The translations under genes were made by a program, and so were the position numbers. From an uncultured Candidatus Saccharibacteria bacterium (GTDB taxonomy: Bacteria; Patescibacteriota; Doudnabacteria; UBA920), in the NCBI GenBank assembly GCA_964505635.1, contig CAZDIP010000001.1, positions 222,412 to 286,411 on the forward strand: a stretch of 64,000 bases of DNA. The letters are read 5' to 3'. Positions 48,382 through 57,838 of this stretch are shown in pieces; position 1 is the stretch's first letter; the number at the start of each line of letters is the position of its first letter. Below the pieces are notes generated by a model, which made no database searches, had not been told where the DNA came from, and worked only from the letters and a program-made list of their open reading frames with translations.

Positions 48382-49305
48382 TAAAGAACTGATAAAATTT
48401 CTGTTTCCATTCAAAAAATCTAAAATAGGCATTTCTTTTTTACCCTCCAAGTGGAGGGTTTTTATTTTTAGTGCCGTGTTTTTTCCGCACACCACAAAAC
48501 CGTCTTCCATAACACCGCCGCTTGTTTGTATAAGCGAGGACTGGTGGGGATTGTACTGAATGGACATATCGGTAATTTTTAAAGTTTTACCCTGCCAGGT
48601 AGTCCAAACTCCGGGCCAGGGGTAAAAAGCGCGAAACTGATTATAAATTTCCTGGGCGGTTTTTTGCCAGTTTATTCTGCCGTCAGCCTTGGCAATAATT
48701 TTTGTGTAAGTCGCGGCTCCTTCGTCCTGGGGCAGGGGAGTAATTTTACCTGAAGTGTAATCTTCAATAACTTTGTTAATAACGTTTGCGGATTTGTAGG
48801 CAAGTTTTTCAGAAAGCGTTATAAAATTATCATCAGCTTCTATAGGCAGGGTTTCCGAAAAAAGCCAGGGTCCGTGGTCAACTTTTTCGTCCAAAATAAA
48901 TATGGAGGTGCCGGTTTCCATATCTCCATTTAATAAAGCGTACTGAATAGGGGAGGGACCGCGATACTTTGGCAAAACCGAAAAATGTACATTAATGGTT
49001 TTATATTTTGGCAAGTTAATTATTTCGAGAGGCAAAATTTGGCCGTAAGAAACCACCACAAAAATATCCGCCCCAAAATTTAGCAATTCATTGTAAAACT
49101 GCTTATTACCCTTAACCTTCTCCGGTTTTAATATTTTTAACTTTATTTCATTGGCTAAAACGCTGACAGGGGACTCCTGAATTTCCTGCTTCCTGCCAAC
49201 TTTTCCATCCGGCTGCGTAACCACTGCCAAAATTTCGTGCTGTTTTGCAAGCGCTTCTAGTATAGGCAACGCTACATTAGACGTACCAAAAAATACTATT
49301 TTCAT
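48373..49305 (-). CDS. fmt: Methionyl-tRNA formyltransferase
   Basis: It has the formyltransferase N-domain (HFSVLPKYRGPSPIQ, SLLP motif) and a C-terminal domain. Confidence 0.9.
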   Translation of the reverse strand: MKIVFFGTSNVALPILEALAKQHEILAVVTQPDGKVGRKQEIQESPVSVLANEIKLKILKPEKVKGNKQFYNELLNFGADIFVVVSYGQILPLEIINLPKYKTINVHFSVLPKYRGPSPIQYALLNGDMETGTSIFILDEKVDHGPWLFSETLPIEADDNFITLSEKLAYKSANVINKVIEDYTSGKITPLPQDEGAATYTKIIAKADGRINWQKTAQEIYNQFRAFYPWPGVWTTWQGKTLKITDMSIQYNPHQSSLIQTSGGVMEDGFVVCGKNTALKIKTLHLEGKKEMPILDFLNGNRNFISSLLI

Positions 49306-49528
49306 ATGAATCGCTGATTACTCACTGATAGCAAAGCGGATGTTACGATAACTTAACACAACCCTGTCATTCCGGAATTTTTATATTGTTATTAAAAATG
49401 TCCGAAATCTATTTAATACTCGGTGCTGGATCCCGGACATTTTTTGCTACGATAAATCTCAATTCAAAAAATTCCGATATACCAGAGTGTTTATTCATTA
49501 CTCTCTAACTATAACAAAAATCCTGATA

Positions 49529-49557
49529 TTGACAAAACCGCTTATTTATAATAAAAT
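49529..49557 (+). promoter_or_regulatory. Candidate promoter for the 53-aa ORF
   Basis: TTGACA, a 17-nt spacer, then TAAAAT. It lies about 90 nt upstream of the RBS. Confidence 0.4.
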
Positions 49558-49647
49558 ATTGCGACCTATAGAAAAAAATTGGTGTATGATTGGGGTTTGC
49601 TGGTGGTGATTCCTAGAGGACCTTGAACAAAAAAACAAGGAGATTTT

Positions 49648-49809
49648 ATGTTTAACTTCACTAGGACCGGTTGGTACCGACGGGAGGCTTGGCTGATAAA
49701 GAAAATGGATCGACTGTCATTAGAAGGATGGGTATTTATATCTTTCCTGTGGACTGACGGTCAAATCGAGGCCTACTTCCGGCGCAAAGCAACCAAAAAA
49801 CCCAAGTAA
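49648..49809 (+). CDS. Small hypothetical protein (53 aa) with own RBS and terminator
   Basis: An AAGGAGA site lies 7 nt upstream of the ATG. The product is MFNFTRTGWYRREAWLIKKMDRLSLEGWVFISFLWTDGQIEAYFRRKATKKPK. A perfect hairpin gcgggagcatatgctcccgc plus T8 follows at 49817-49847. Confidence 0.55.
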   Translation: MFNFTRTGWYRREAWLIKKMDRLSLEGWVFISFLWTDGQIEAYFRRKATKKPK

Positions 49810-49844
49810 CCCCATCGCGGGAGCATATGCTCCCGCTTCTTTTT

Positions 49845-50399
49845 TTATTTCACAATCTTTCTTAAAATTTCCGCCTCAATCCTGCAGTCGGTAAGACCGT
49901 CGTGGCGGCTTTGGGACTTAATTTTAAACTTCCGCATTAAATCTTCCAAACTAAATCCGGTAAATTTTTTATTATTTTTAAGCTGGTTTTTTAAAGCCAA
50001 ATGCGCATAAAAAAACGCCCAAAGGTTAAAGTAGTGGTAATCAAACTGCCATTTTAAATTATGTTTATAGTAGGCGGCCCGTAAAAAATCCATATCCACG
50101 GGCCCGCCGTAATAGCTTAAAATTACCCGCTGGGGATTAAACTGTTTGTTAAATTCTTTTAGTACATCTTTAAGCGGGGGAGCGGCATTTAGCCATTCTT
50201 TTTTTACGCCATTTATCCGCATAGACTCCCTGTCTCTTAACTGCCATTTAAGAGGTTTTATGTAAGCATTAAAAACCGCTTTTTCGTTTAAAGTCTTTTT
50301 GTCTAAAAGCACGGCCGAAAGCTGAATTATTTCCTGCCGAAAAGAGTCCAGGCCTGTGGTTTCCAGATCTACCAGTAATAAATCTTTATAAAAATTCAT
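49845..50399 (-). CDS. DEDDh 3'-5' exonuclease (DnaQ/RNase T-like), catalytic residues intact
   Basis: It has Exo I DLETTG, Exo II GGPVDMDFL and Exo III HDGLTD. Confidence 0.7.
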   Translation of the reverse strand: MNFYKDLLLVDLETTGLDSFRQEIIQLSAVLLDKKTLNEKAVFNAYIKPLKWQLRDRESMRINGVKKEWLNAAPPLKDVLKEFNKQFNPQRVILSYYGGPVDMDFLRAAYYKHNLKWQFDYHYFNLWAFFYAHLALKNQLKNNKKFTGFSLEDLMRKFKIKSQSRHDGLTDCRIEAEILRKIVK

Positions 50400-50400
50400 A

Positions 50401-50937
50401 TCAAGCTTCTTTAATTATTTTTCTAAATATTTCGGCCTCAAGGCGCACTTTTTCCATTGCATCGTTTGGATGTTTTTGCTTTAAATTAAAATGGTCTAAA
50501 AATGTATTAAAGGTAGGCATTTTTTTTAAACCGTAATTTAATGTGTAAATATACCCCAAGGTCCATAGCTCTATAACATGGGAACCATAGTCAAACGGCA
50601 CCAAGGCTTTTTTAAATGCGGCCTTTAAAAACAAGATATTGGCCACATTATGGGTTGCCAATAAAAAATTACTGCCCAATTTATTGTGAAATTGTTTTAC
50701 TACATCGTAGACTTTTGCGCTTTTTTTTAAAACATTATATTCAATTCCAAGCAATTTGGAATGCTGATTTATAACGGCATCCAAATAACTTACTCGCACA
50801 AACGAATTGAAGTTGGCCTTTTCCAAAAGATTGTCTTTATCAAGCAGAACTGCTGAAAGCTGGATAACCGAATCCTTATCGGTGTCCTGTCCGGTTGTGG
50901 TAACTTCAAAAAATAATAGATCTTTAATAAATTTCAT
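50401..50937 (-). CDS. DEDDh exonuclease paralog with degenerate active site (likely inactive)
   Basis: It is parallel to the neighbouring gene, but Exo I reads FFEVTTTG (D to E, E to T) and Exo II reads HNVANILFL (terminal D lost). The start is taken at MKFIKDLL. Confidence 0.55.
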   Translation of the reverse strand: MKFIKDLLFFEVTTTGQDTDKDSVIQLSAVLLDKDNLLEKANFNSFVRVSYLDAVINQHSKLLGIEYNVLKKSAKVYDVVKQFHNKLGSNFLLATHNVANILFLKAAFKKALVPFDYGSHVIELWTLGYIYTLNYGLKKMPTFNTFLDHFNLKQKHPNDAMEKVRLEAEIFRKIIKEA

Positions 50938-51015
50938 AAGCAGTAATCTCAAATATACAAATCTTTCCAAATATACAAATTTAAATGCATTGCCTGATTT
51001 GTATATTTGCGAACA

Positions 51016-51495
51016 CTACTTTATCAACTCTTCACCCTGAGTATATTTTTTTATCAAATCAATAATTAAAATTCCGTTAATATGGTCAATTTCATGCTGC
51101 GCCACTCTGGAAACCCAGCCGTCGTCGGTTATGGTTATTTTTTCCCCTAAGTTGTTCTGCCCTTCAATAGTTACTTTTTTTGGCCTTTTAACCATGCCGT
51201 ATACTCCGGGAATAGAAAGGCAGCCTTCTTCGATTTCTACCCTTTTGAAACTTTTGGATTTAATTTTAGGGTTGTAAAGCGCAAAAGTAGGGATTCCCGA
51301 TTTTTCCAGGTTAATAATTACCAGTTTGACTGGTTTTCCAACCTGTGGCGCTGCCAAGCCAATACCATCTGAGTTACGCACCGTGTCTATCATGTCTTTG
51401 GTTAATTTCTTGATTTCCGAAGACAAAGGAAAAACCACAGGCTCTGTTTTAGCCCGTAGCACCGGATCCGGGTATTTTTTAATTGGTAAAGTCAT
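51016..51495 (-). CDS. def: Peptide deformylase
   Basis: It has the GIGLAAPQ, EGCLS and HEIDH metal-binding motifs. Confidence 0.9.
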   Translation of the reverse strand: MTLPIKKYPDPVLRAKTEPVVFPLSSEIKKLTKDMIDTVRNSDGIGLAAPQVGKPVKLVIINLEKSGIPTFALYNPKIKSKSFKRVEIEEGCLSIPGVYGMVKRPKKVTIEGQNNLGEKITITDDGWVSRVAQHEIDHINGILIIDLIKKYTQGEELIK

Positions 51496-51509
51496 AACAC
51501 AAAAGATTA

Positions 51510-51932
51510 TTATACTATTTGCGGATCAGACGGTTCATCCTCAACTTCAACACCGCCTAAAAAAGTAATATCTCCTTCTTGTATTTGATCTGCCGCCCCT
51601 GAATTCCAACCAGGCGGATTTTCAAAATTCGATTCTTTTTTTTCTTTCTCATTAATTTTTTTTTCCATATTATTTTTCTTAATTAAATAAGCAAAAAGTT
51701 TACCTGGGGTTTGGGCATTTTTATTTTCCAAAATTTCTCCCATCAATTTTCTTAAAAAATTATGATCGTAAGTTACTGCCATTTTTAAATAAAAACCAAA
51801 ATGTTTTTTGTCATTCAACTTAACGCTAAGCTCTTCGGCCAGTAAATGAGCAGGGGAGTGGAGATATTTATTTGCCTTAGATTTTTTTTGTACTCTTTCC
51901 GAGGCTTTGGCAATTTTACCTAGAGATTCCAT
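51510..51932 (-). CDS. Hypothetical protein
   Basis: A 140-aa ORF that is Lys/Glu-rich, with no motifs. Confidence 0.35.
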   Translation of the reverse strand: MESLGKIAKASERVQKKSKANKYLHSPAHLLAEELSVKLNDKKHFGFYLKMAVTYDHNFLRKLMGEILENKNAQTPGKLFAYLIKKNNMEKKINEKEKKESNFENPPGWNSGAADQIQEGDITFLGGVEVEDEPSDPQIV

Positions 51933-52000
51933 AATCGGATTATATACGATTTAATTAAAAAAAGCTATTAAAACCCGCGGTTTTAAGCTATAATTGCTTT

Positions 52001-53311
52001 ATGACCACATTTGAAGTTGCCGAACTTAAAATTACCGCGATAACAAAAGCAGAATTTCTTACAACAGTTTTGCGGCGAATTAAAAATAACCAAAAAACCT
52101 GGGTTACCACTTTATACTCTGAATTTTTATATGCATCTATAAAAGACAAAAAAAATCTTGAGATGCTAAATAAAGCAGATATAGCCCTGCCTGACGGCAT
52201 TGGTATTTTTTGGGCACATAAATTTTTAAGCTTGTCCTTAAGTGCAAAGTCACGTTACGGCAAAATTTTACAAGGCCTGTGGCAGGTATTGGTTACTCTA
52301 TATAAATTTTCGCTTCCCGAAGCTTTTGGAGGAACCAAGGGAGAAATTAGCGGATCAAGAGAACGGATCCCCGGCTCAGAACTTATTTGGGATTTGGCAA
52401 GACTTGCGCAAGAAAATAACCTTTCAATTTATCTATTAGGGGGATTTGGCAATACGCCGAAGCTTGCGGCAAATACTCTAATATCTAAATATCCCGATAT
52501 TCAAATTGCCGGATATTCTACTAAAAACCCTGATGATAAAGATATTATTGCAGATCTAAAATCGGCAAATCCCGACATTCTCCTTGTTGCCTACGGCCCT
52601 ATAAGGCAAGAGGCCTGGATATATGCAAATCTAAACAATTTGCCCGCTAAACTGGTTATTGGCCTTGGAGGCACTTTTGATTATTTGGCCAAAAAACGCC
52701 TAAAAGCGGCCAAATTTATAAGCCATGCGGGCTTTGAATGGCTATTTAGATTAATTACCCAGCCTTACAGGCTGAAACGGATTTTCCAGGCCACCTTAGG
52801 TTTAATAGCACTCTTAGCGGAATACAAACTTTTTAACAGCTTGCCCTACAGGCAAAACGCGGTAGCTGTAATTATTAACAAGCAACGTAAAATTTTCGTC
52901 GGACTAAGGAATGAAAAAAATAAACAAGACGACAAACAACCTCACTGGCAATTGCCGCAGGGAGGAATTGAGGAAGGCGAGGATTTCATGCAGGCGGCAA
53001 AAAGAGAAGCTTTGGAGGAAACCGGCATAACTTCTTTAAAATTTATTTTTAAATCAGCCAGTCAAAATTCTTACCTCTGGCCTTTAGGCCATAGCAAAAA
53101 ATATAAAGGCCAGAATCAGCATATTTTTTACTTTTTGTTTACCGGACAGGAAACGGAAGTTAATTTGCATTACCACGACTCGCATGAATTTATGAGTTAT
53201 AAGTGGATCGGACCGGATAAACTATACGAGACTATCCATGACTACAGAAAAAACTTGATAAAAATAGTATTAAACGATTTGAAGGAAATGTCACAAAAAG
53301 CTATAATATAA
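52001..53311 (+). CDS. Fusion protein: WecG/TagA-family (GT26) glycosyltransferase + C-terminal Nudix hydrolase
   Basis: The N-terminal ~250 aa carry the GT26 hallmarks (LPDGIGIFWA, AYGPIRQE). The C-terminal ~150 aa carry a Nudix box GGIEEGEDFMQAAKREALEETGI. Confidence 0.6.
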   Translation: MTTFEVAELKITAITKAEFLTTVLRRIKNNQKTWVTTLYSEFLYASIKDKKNLEMLNKADIALPDGIGIFWAHKFLSLSLSAKSRYGKILQGLWQVLVTLYKFSLPEAFGGTKGEISGSRERIPGSELIWDLARLAQENNLSIYLLGGFGNTPKLAANTLISKYPDIQIAGYSTKNPDDKDIIADLKSANPDILLVAYGPIRQEAWIYANLNNLPAKLVIGLGGTFDYLAKKRLKAAKFISHAGFEWLFRLITQPYRLKRIFQATLGLIALLAEYKLFNSLPYRQNAVAVIINKQRKIFVGLRNEKNKQDDKQPHWQLPQGGIEEGEDFMQAAKREALEETGITSLKFIFKSASQNSYLWPLGHSKKYKGQNQHIFYFLFTGQETEVNLHYHDSHEFMSYKWIGPDKLYETIHDYRKNLIKIVLNDLKEMSQKAII

Positions 53312-53345
53312 AGGAAATCATCTGCAAAACTTTTTTTAACTATTC

Positions 53346-54875
53346 TTGTCAATTTTTATGGTTCGTACCCGCTTCGCTCCCTCACCAACCGGTTTCGTAC
53401 ACATTGGCAGCTTAAGAACTGCCTTATTTTCCTATTTATTTGCTAGGCATAACCATGGCAAACACCTGTTGCGGATTGAGGACACTGACCAAAATCGCTA
53501 CGTTAAGGGTGCGGTGGAAAATTTACTCAAGGTAATGAGCCGGGTGGGTATTGAATTTGATGAGGGTTATTATTTAAACTCAAAAGGAGAACTGGAAGAA
53601 AAAGGGGGATATGCCCCTTATTTGCAATCCAAACGTCTAAGCATTTACCAAACAGCCGCCCAAAAATTAATTGCTGAAAAGAAGGCTTATTATTGCTTTT
53701 GCAGCCAAGAACGCCTAGATGAATTGCGCAAAGAACAGATGGCTTTAAAAAAACCAGCCATGTATGACCGCCTTTGCCGTAATTTAACCCCTGCTCAGAT
53801 AGAATCCAAGCTTAAAGAAATGCGAGATCAAAAAAAATCTCCGGTAATCCGTTTTGCCATTCCTTTGGAGGGCGAAACTACAGTAAATGATCTGATTTAT
53901 GGAAAAATTACCTATGATCACAAAGTTTTGGATGACCAAGTAATTATAAAATCAGACGGCTTTCCAACCTATCACTTAGCAGTAGTAGTAGACGACCACG
54001 AAATGCAAATTTCCCATGTTATCCGCGGCGAAGAATGGTTGCCCTCTACCCCCAAACACATTTTAATTTACAAGGCTTTTGGCTGGCAGCCCACAGCCTT
54101 TGCCCACTTGCCTTTAATTTTAAACTCTGACAAGTCCAAACTTTCCAAAAGACAGGGTGATGTAGCGGTTGAAGATTTTTTAGCCGACGGTTATTTAAAA
54201 GAAGCCTTAATAAACTTTGTCGCTTTTTTGGGTTGGAACCCAAAAACTTCGCAGGAAATTTTTAGCATTGAGCAGCTGGTTGAAGAATTTGACTTAAGCA
54301 AGGTTAACAAATCTGGGGCAGTATTTGATACAAACAAACTGGACTGGCTAAACAGCCAATACATTAGACAAATGGGTATTGCCGAGCTCACGAATTTGCT
54401 TCTGCCTTTTTGGCAAAAATATTGGACTGAAAAAAATATTATTTTTGATAAAACAGCCTTAACGCACAAATATTTTGAAAAGATTGCGGAATTAGAAAAA
54501 GACAGATTAAAAAAACTTTCTGAAATAGGGGAGAGTACCGAGTATTTTTTTGTTTTGCCTGATTATTTAAACGAGCTTCTGGTTTGGAAAAAATCAAACC
54601 GTGAAAAAACAAAAGAAATTTTAGATCAACTAATTAAAATGTTTAGCGGTTTTGAATTAAAAAATTTTAATAAGAAAGTTTTGGAGCCAAAATTAAAAGA
54701 ATTTATTGTTGAAAAAAATTTAGATAACGGTTCGGTTTTGTGGCCTCTCAGAGTCGCCCTTACGGGCCTAGAAAAAAGTCCGGGTCCTTTTGAAGTGGCG
54801 GAGGTTTTAGCCTTTGGTTTGGGAAAAGAAGAAATACTTTCCCGCTTAAATATGGCCATAAAAAAATTACAATAA
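53346..54875 (+). CDS. gltX: Glutamyl-tRNA synthetase
   Basis: It has HIGH-type PSPTGFVHIGSLRTA, KLSKRQG (KMSKS) and a C-terminal anticodon-binding domain. Confidence 0.9.
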   Translation: MSIFMVRTRFAPSPTGFVHIGSLRTALFSYLFARHNHGKHLLRIEDTDQNRYVKGAVENLLKVMSRVGIEFDEGYYLNSKGELEEKGGYAPYLQSKRLSIYQTAAQKLIAEKKAYYCFCSQERLDELRKEQMALKKPAMYDRLCRNLTPAQIESKLKEMRDQKKSPVIRFAIPLEGETTVNDLIYGKITYDHKVLDDQVIIKSDGFPTYHLAVVVDDHEMQISHVIRGEEWLPSTPKHILIYKAFGWQPTAFAHLPLILNSDKSKLSKRQGDVAVEDFLADGYLKEALINFVAFLGWNPKTSQEIFSIEQLVEEFDLSKVNKSGAVFDTNKLDWLNSQYIRQMGIAELTNLLLPFWQKYWTEKNIIFDKTALTHKYFEKIAELEKDRLKKLSEIGESTEYFFVLPDYLNELLVWKKSNREKTKEILDQLIKMFSGFELKNFNKKVLEPKLKEFIVEKNLDNGSVLWPLRVALTGLEKSPGPFEVAEVLAFGLGKEEILSRLNMAIKKLQ

Positions 54876-54951
54876 CTTGCGAAGTTGCTGAGTTAAATAA
54901 TCGCGTAGAAATTTTTGCATAAAAACCCCGAATTATGGTATAATTTTTGTA

Positions 54952-56322
54952 ATGTTTTCTTTTTCTGAAACAAAAATTTTAAGACAAAAGCCCGAGTCCG
55001 ACAAAAAAAAACTTTTGGGCGTGCTTTTGTTTTTTATAATGATATTCTTTGGCTCCAACCTGCTGGTTTTAGCTCAACAAGAATCGCCGACAGCGGAAAA
55101 AAATACGCCTGATCCCAATGTAGAAAAGCTTAACAGCCAAAGGGATCAAAACCAAAAAAAGTTGGAAGAGCTGAACAAACAAATTAAAAATTTTACCCAG
55201 CAAATTCAGGAAACTCAAAAAAAATCCAGCTCCCTGCAAAATGAATTGTTTATTTATGAAAGACAGATAGCCACCACACAATTGCAAATTGAAGCTAAAC
55301 AAACCCAAATAGAAGACACCGGATTGCAAATTACTGAGCTACAAAAACTTATAGAACAACGCTCCAGCGACATAGCGGAAAACAAAAAAATTCTGGCTCA
55401 ACTAATAATCCAATTAAACGAGTTTGATGCGGCTTATGGACTTAAAGCCACGATCGGTTCAGATAATTTGTCAGATTTCCTGGATCAAATACAATATACA
55501 CAAAACTTTCAGGAAAAAATTTACCAGCTTGTCCAGCGAATCAAAGAAATAAAAGCGCGCCTGGAAAAACAACAAGCTGAACTTAAAATTCATTTAGAAA
55601 ATTTAAAGGAGCTGCAAAATCAGCTGGAGATCGCCAAGGAATCTTTAAACGTTCAAAGAAGTCAAAAGCAACAGCTTTTAAACCAAACACGCGGGGTGGA
55701 ACGTAACTTTCAAAAACTTTTGGCTGCAAGCAAAAAAGAACAGGACGACCTGCAGAAAGAAATTGCGGATTTGGACGCCCAAATCAGAGAAAAGCTGGGT
55801 AAAAAAACTATTGCTGCTCAAAAAGGAGTCTTAGCCTGGCCAATGGATGGTATTCTTACTCAAAAATACGGAAATACCGGATTTACTGCTTTAGGCTATA
55901 ACTTTCATAATGGAATTGACGTAGCGGCCCCGGCGGCTCAGCCTATATACGCCGCTGCGGATGGTGAAATTATTAACACAGACTCCAGTAACCAATCATT
56001 CGGCAATTGGGTAGCTATTATACACTATATTTCCACAAAAAAAGGCTCAAGTCAAATTATAACTATGTATGCTCAAATGCGAAGCTTTAGAGTCATGGTT
56101 GGACAAGAGGTATCCCAGGGTGACTTAATTGGCTACGAAGGCAATACCGGAAATACCACGCGTAAATTATACGGCCCAGAAAGAGGGTATCATATTCATT
56201 TCGGCGTGTACGATGCGGAGGGTTTCGGCGTAAATCCCGGTAAATATTCAAACATTTACGGGGCCTATAAAGTGCCTTATGGCTATACTTATAACCCCAT
56301 GGACTTTCTGGGCAGCGAATAA
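54952..56322 (+). CDS. M23-family peptidase with N-terminal coiled-coil (EnvC/LytM-like)
   Basis: It has an N-terminal TM helix and long coiled-coil, then an M23 domain (HNGIDVAAP...HIHFGVY). Confidence 0.75.
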   Translation: MFSFSETKILRQKPESDKKKLLGVLLFFIMIFFGSNLLVLAQQESPTAEKNTPDPNVEKLNSQRDQNQKKLEELNKQIKNFTQQIQETQKKSSSLQNELFIYERQIATTQLQIEAKQTQIEDTGLQITELQKLIEQRSSDIAENKKILAQLIIQLNEFDAAYGLKATIGSDNLSDFLDQIQYTQNFQEKIYQLVQRIKEIKARLEKQQAELKIHLENLKELQNQLEIAKESLNVQRSQKQQLLNQTRGVERNFQKLLAASKKEQDDLQKEIADLDAQIREKLGKKTIAAQKGVLAWPMDGILTQKYGNTGFTALGYNFHNGIDVAAPAAQPIYAAADGEIINTDSSNQSFGNWVAIIHYISTKKGSSQIITMYAQMRSFRVMVGQEVSQGDLIGYEGNTGNTTRKLYGPERGYHIHFGVYDAEGFGVNPGKYSNIYGAYKVPYGYTYNPMDFLGSE

Positions 56323-56327
56323 AAAAC

Positions 56328-57386
56328 ATGAAAACTAAAATAAAAAAATATTTTCTTATTATCAGTCTTTTGCAACTTTGTTTGGTTTGGGCTAATTTTG
56401 CCTTCGCTCAAACAGGCGCCACGGACGATGCCGACTCACCCGACTACCGTCAATTTAAAGTGGAAGAGAGCATAAAAAAATATTTATGCACCCCTTCGGA
56501 AGCCAACGTAACACAACCCGGTTATAACGATTTATACCCCGATAACGCCCAAAACCAAGCCAGCGGAGATTTATACAACTGTATTAATCGTCTATATAAA
56601 TTTGCCATTGCCATTGGCACGAGCATTGGGGTATTTTTTATAGTTTTAGCAGGCTATGTTTATATTGATGCGGGCGGAAACGAAGAATCAATAACAAAAG
56701 CTAAAAGTATCTTAACCAGTACTATTGCGGCCATGGTTATTTTATTTTCAGGTTATATTTTACTTAAAGCTATTAACCCTGAGTTAGTACAATTTAAACC
56801 TATCCAACCTAAAAGCATTCTAAACCTTACCGTGCCGACGGAAAGCCAAAATACAAACAACCAATACTCCACGCCGCTTAGCAATAACTTAAAAGAAGCG
56901 GCTCAAAAAATTTTAAACTTAGATGGCAAAGGCATAAATATAAATAAAACATCATGCGATTGTACAAACAACTGCCCAATTAACACCCTTCAAAGCATAG
57001 CAGCCGGCAATCTACCGCAAAAAGACGGCAGTGGCAGCAGTTGCAATACAGGAAAAGTTTCTGACGTAAGCCTAAGCATGCTAAATGCTATTTTATACGC
57101 CCAAAGCCTGGGTTCTAATTTTAATTTAGGTTCCATAACCGGTGGGCACCACAGTCAAGACAGTCTTCATTACCAGGGCAAAGCTTTGGACGTTACCCCA
57201 ATACCGCAAGTTAGTAATGAGCAATCAAAATTAGTTGCAGCCCTCAGATCCAGCGGAGCAAAAATAATAGCTTTGGAATGCTTGTTAAATGGTTCTAACC
57301 AATATTTAATTTTTGGTAAAGACGTAAATGATTCAGACCCAAGATGCATGGGCAAACCAAATTACCATATACACGCCTCTTGGTAA
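56328..57386 (+). CDS. Secreted M15-family (VanY-like) D-Ala-D-Ala peptidase-like protein
   Basis: It has a signal/TM segment and the zinc motif SLHYQGKALD (SxHxxGxAxD) with a downstream HIH. Confidence 0.6.
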   Translation: MKTKIKKYFLIISLLQLCLVWANFAFAQTGATDDADSPDYRQFKVEESIKKYLCTPSEANVTQPGYNDLYPDNAQNQASGDLYNCINRLYKFAIAIGTSIGVFFIVLAGYVYIDAGGNEESITKAKSILTSTIAAMVILFSGYILLKAINPELVQFKPIQPKSILNLTVPTESQNTNNQYSTPLSNNLKEAAQKILNLDGKGININKTSCDCTNNCPINTLQSIAAGNLPQKDGSGSSCNTGKVSDVSLSMLNAILYAQSLGSNFNLGSITGGHHSQDSLHYQGKALDVTPIPQVSNEQSKLVAALRSSGAKIIALECLLNGSNQYLIFGKDVNDSDPRCMGKPNYHIHASW

Positions 57387-57838
57387 CAAGCTAATCTCAT
57401 TTACCCATATAGCTTTAATGTTAAATATATACCGACCCTTTTAGGGTCGGTTTTAATTTAAAAGAAAACTCCCCTGTTTAATCTACCAAAAAGGGGAGAG
57501 CAATACACATATGCGATTATTTATTTAATTTGTACTTTTAAATTTGCACGATAAAGAATTTTAAAAAGTAAATACTTATTATTTACTTTAATAACTAAAA
57601 CTAAAATAGGTGGTATTCATAAAACTGATAAATAATAATATCAATTAAAAAAGTTTAAGTTGCTTAATAGGCGAATGCTTATCTTAATTATAAGCACATT
57701 GATACCAGTTAATATGACAAGAGTAAAATCTTTATATTATATTCTATGTCGCACAAGGTACATTGTGCGACATAATAGATATTTCAAAATTTGCTTTTCC
57801 CCACCCAGCTTTGTTTAGCTGGACTTTACTTCACCTTA

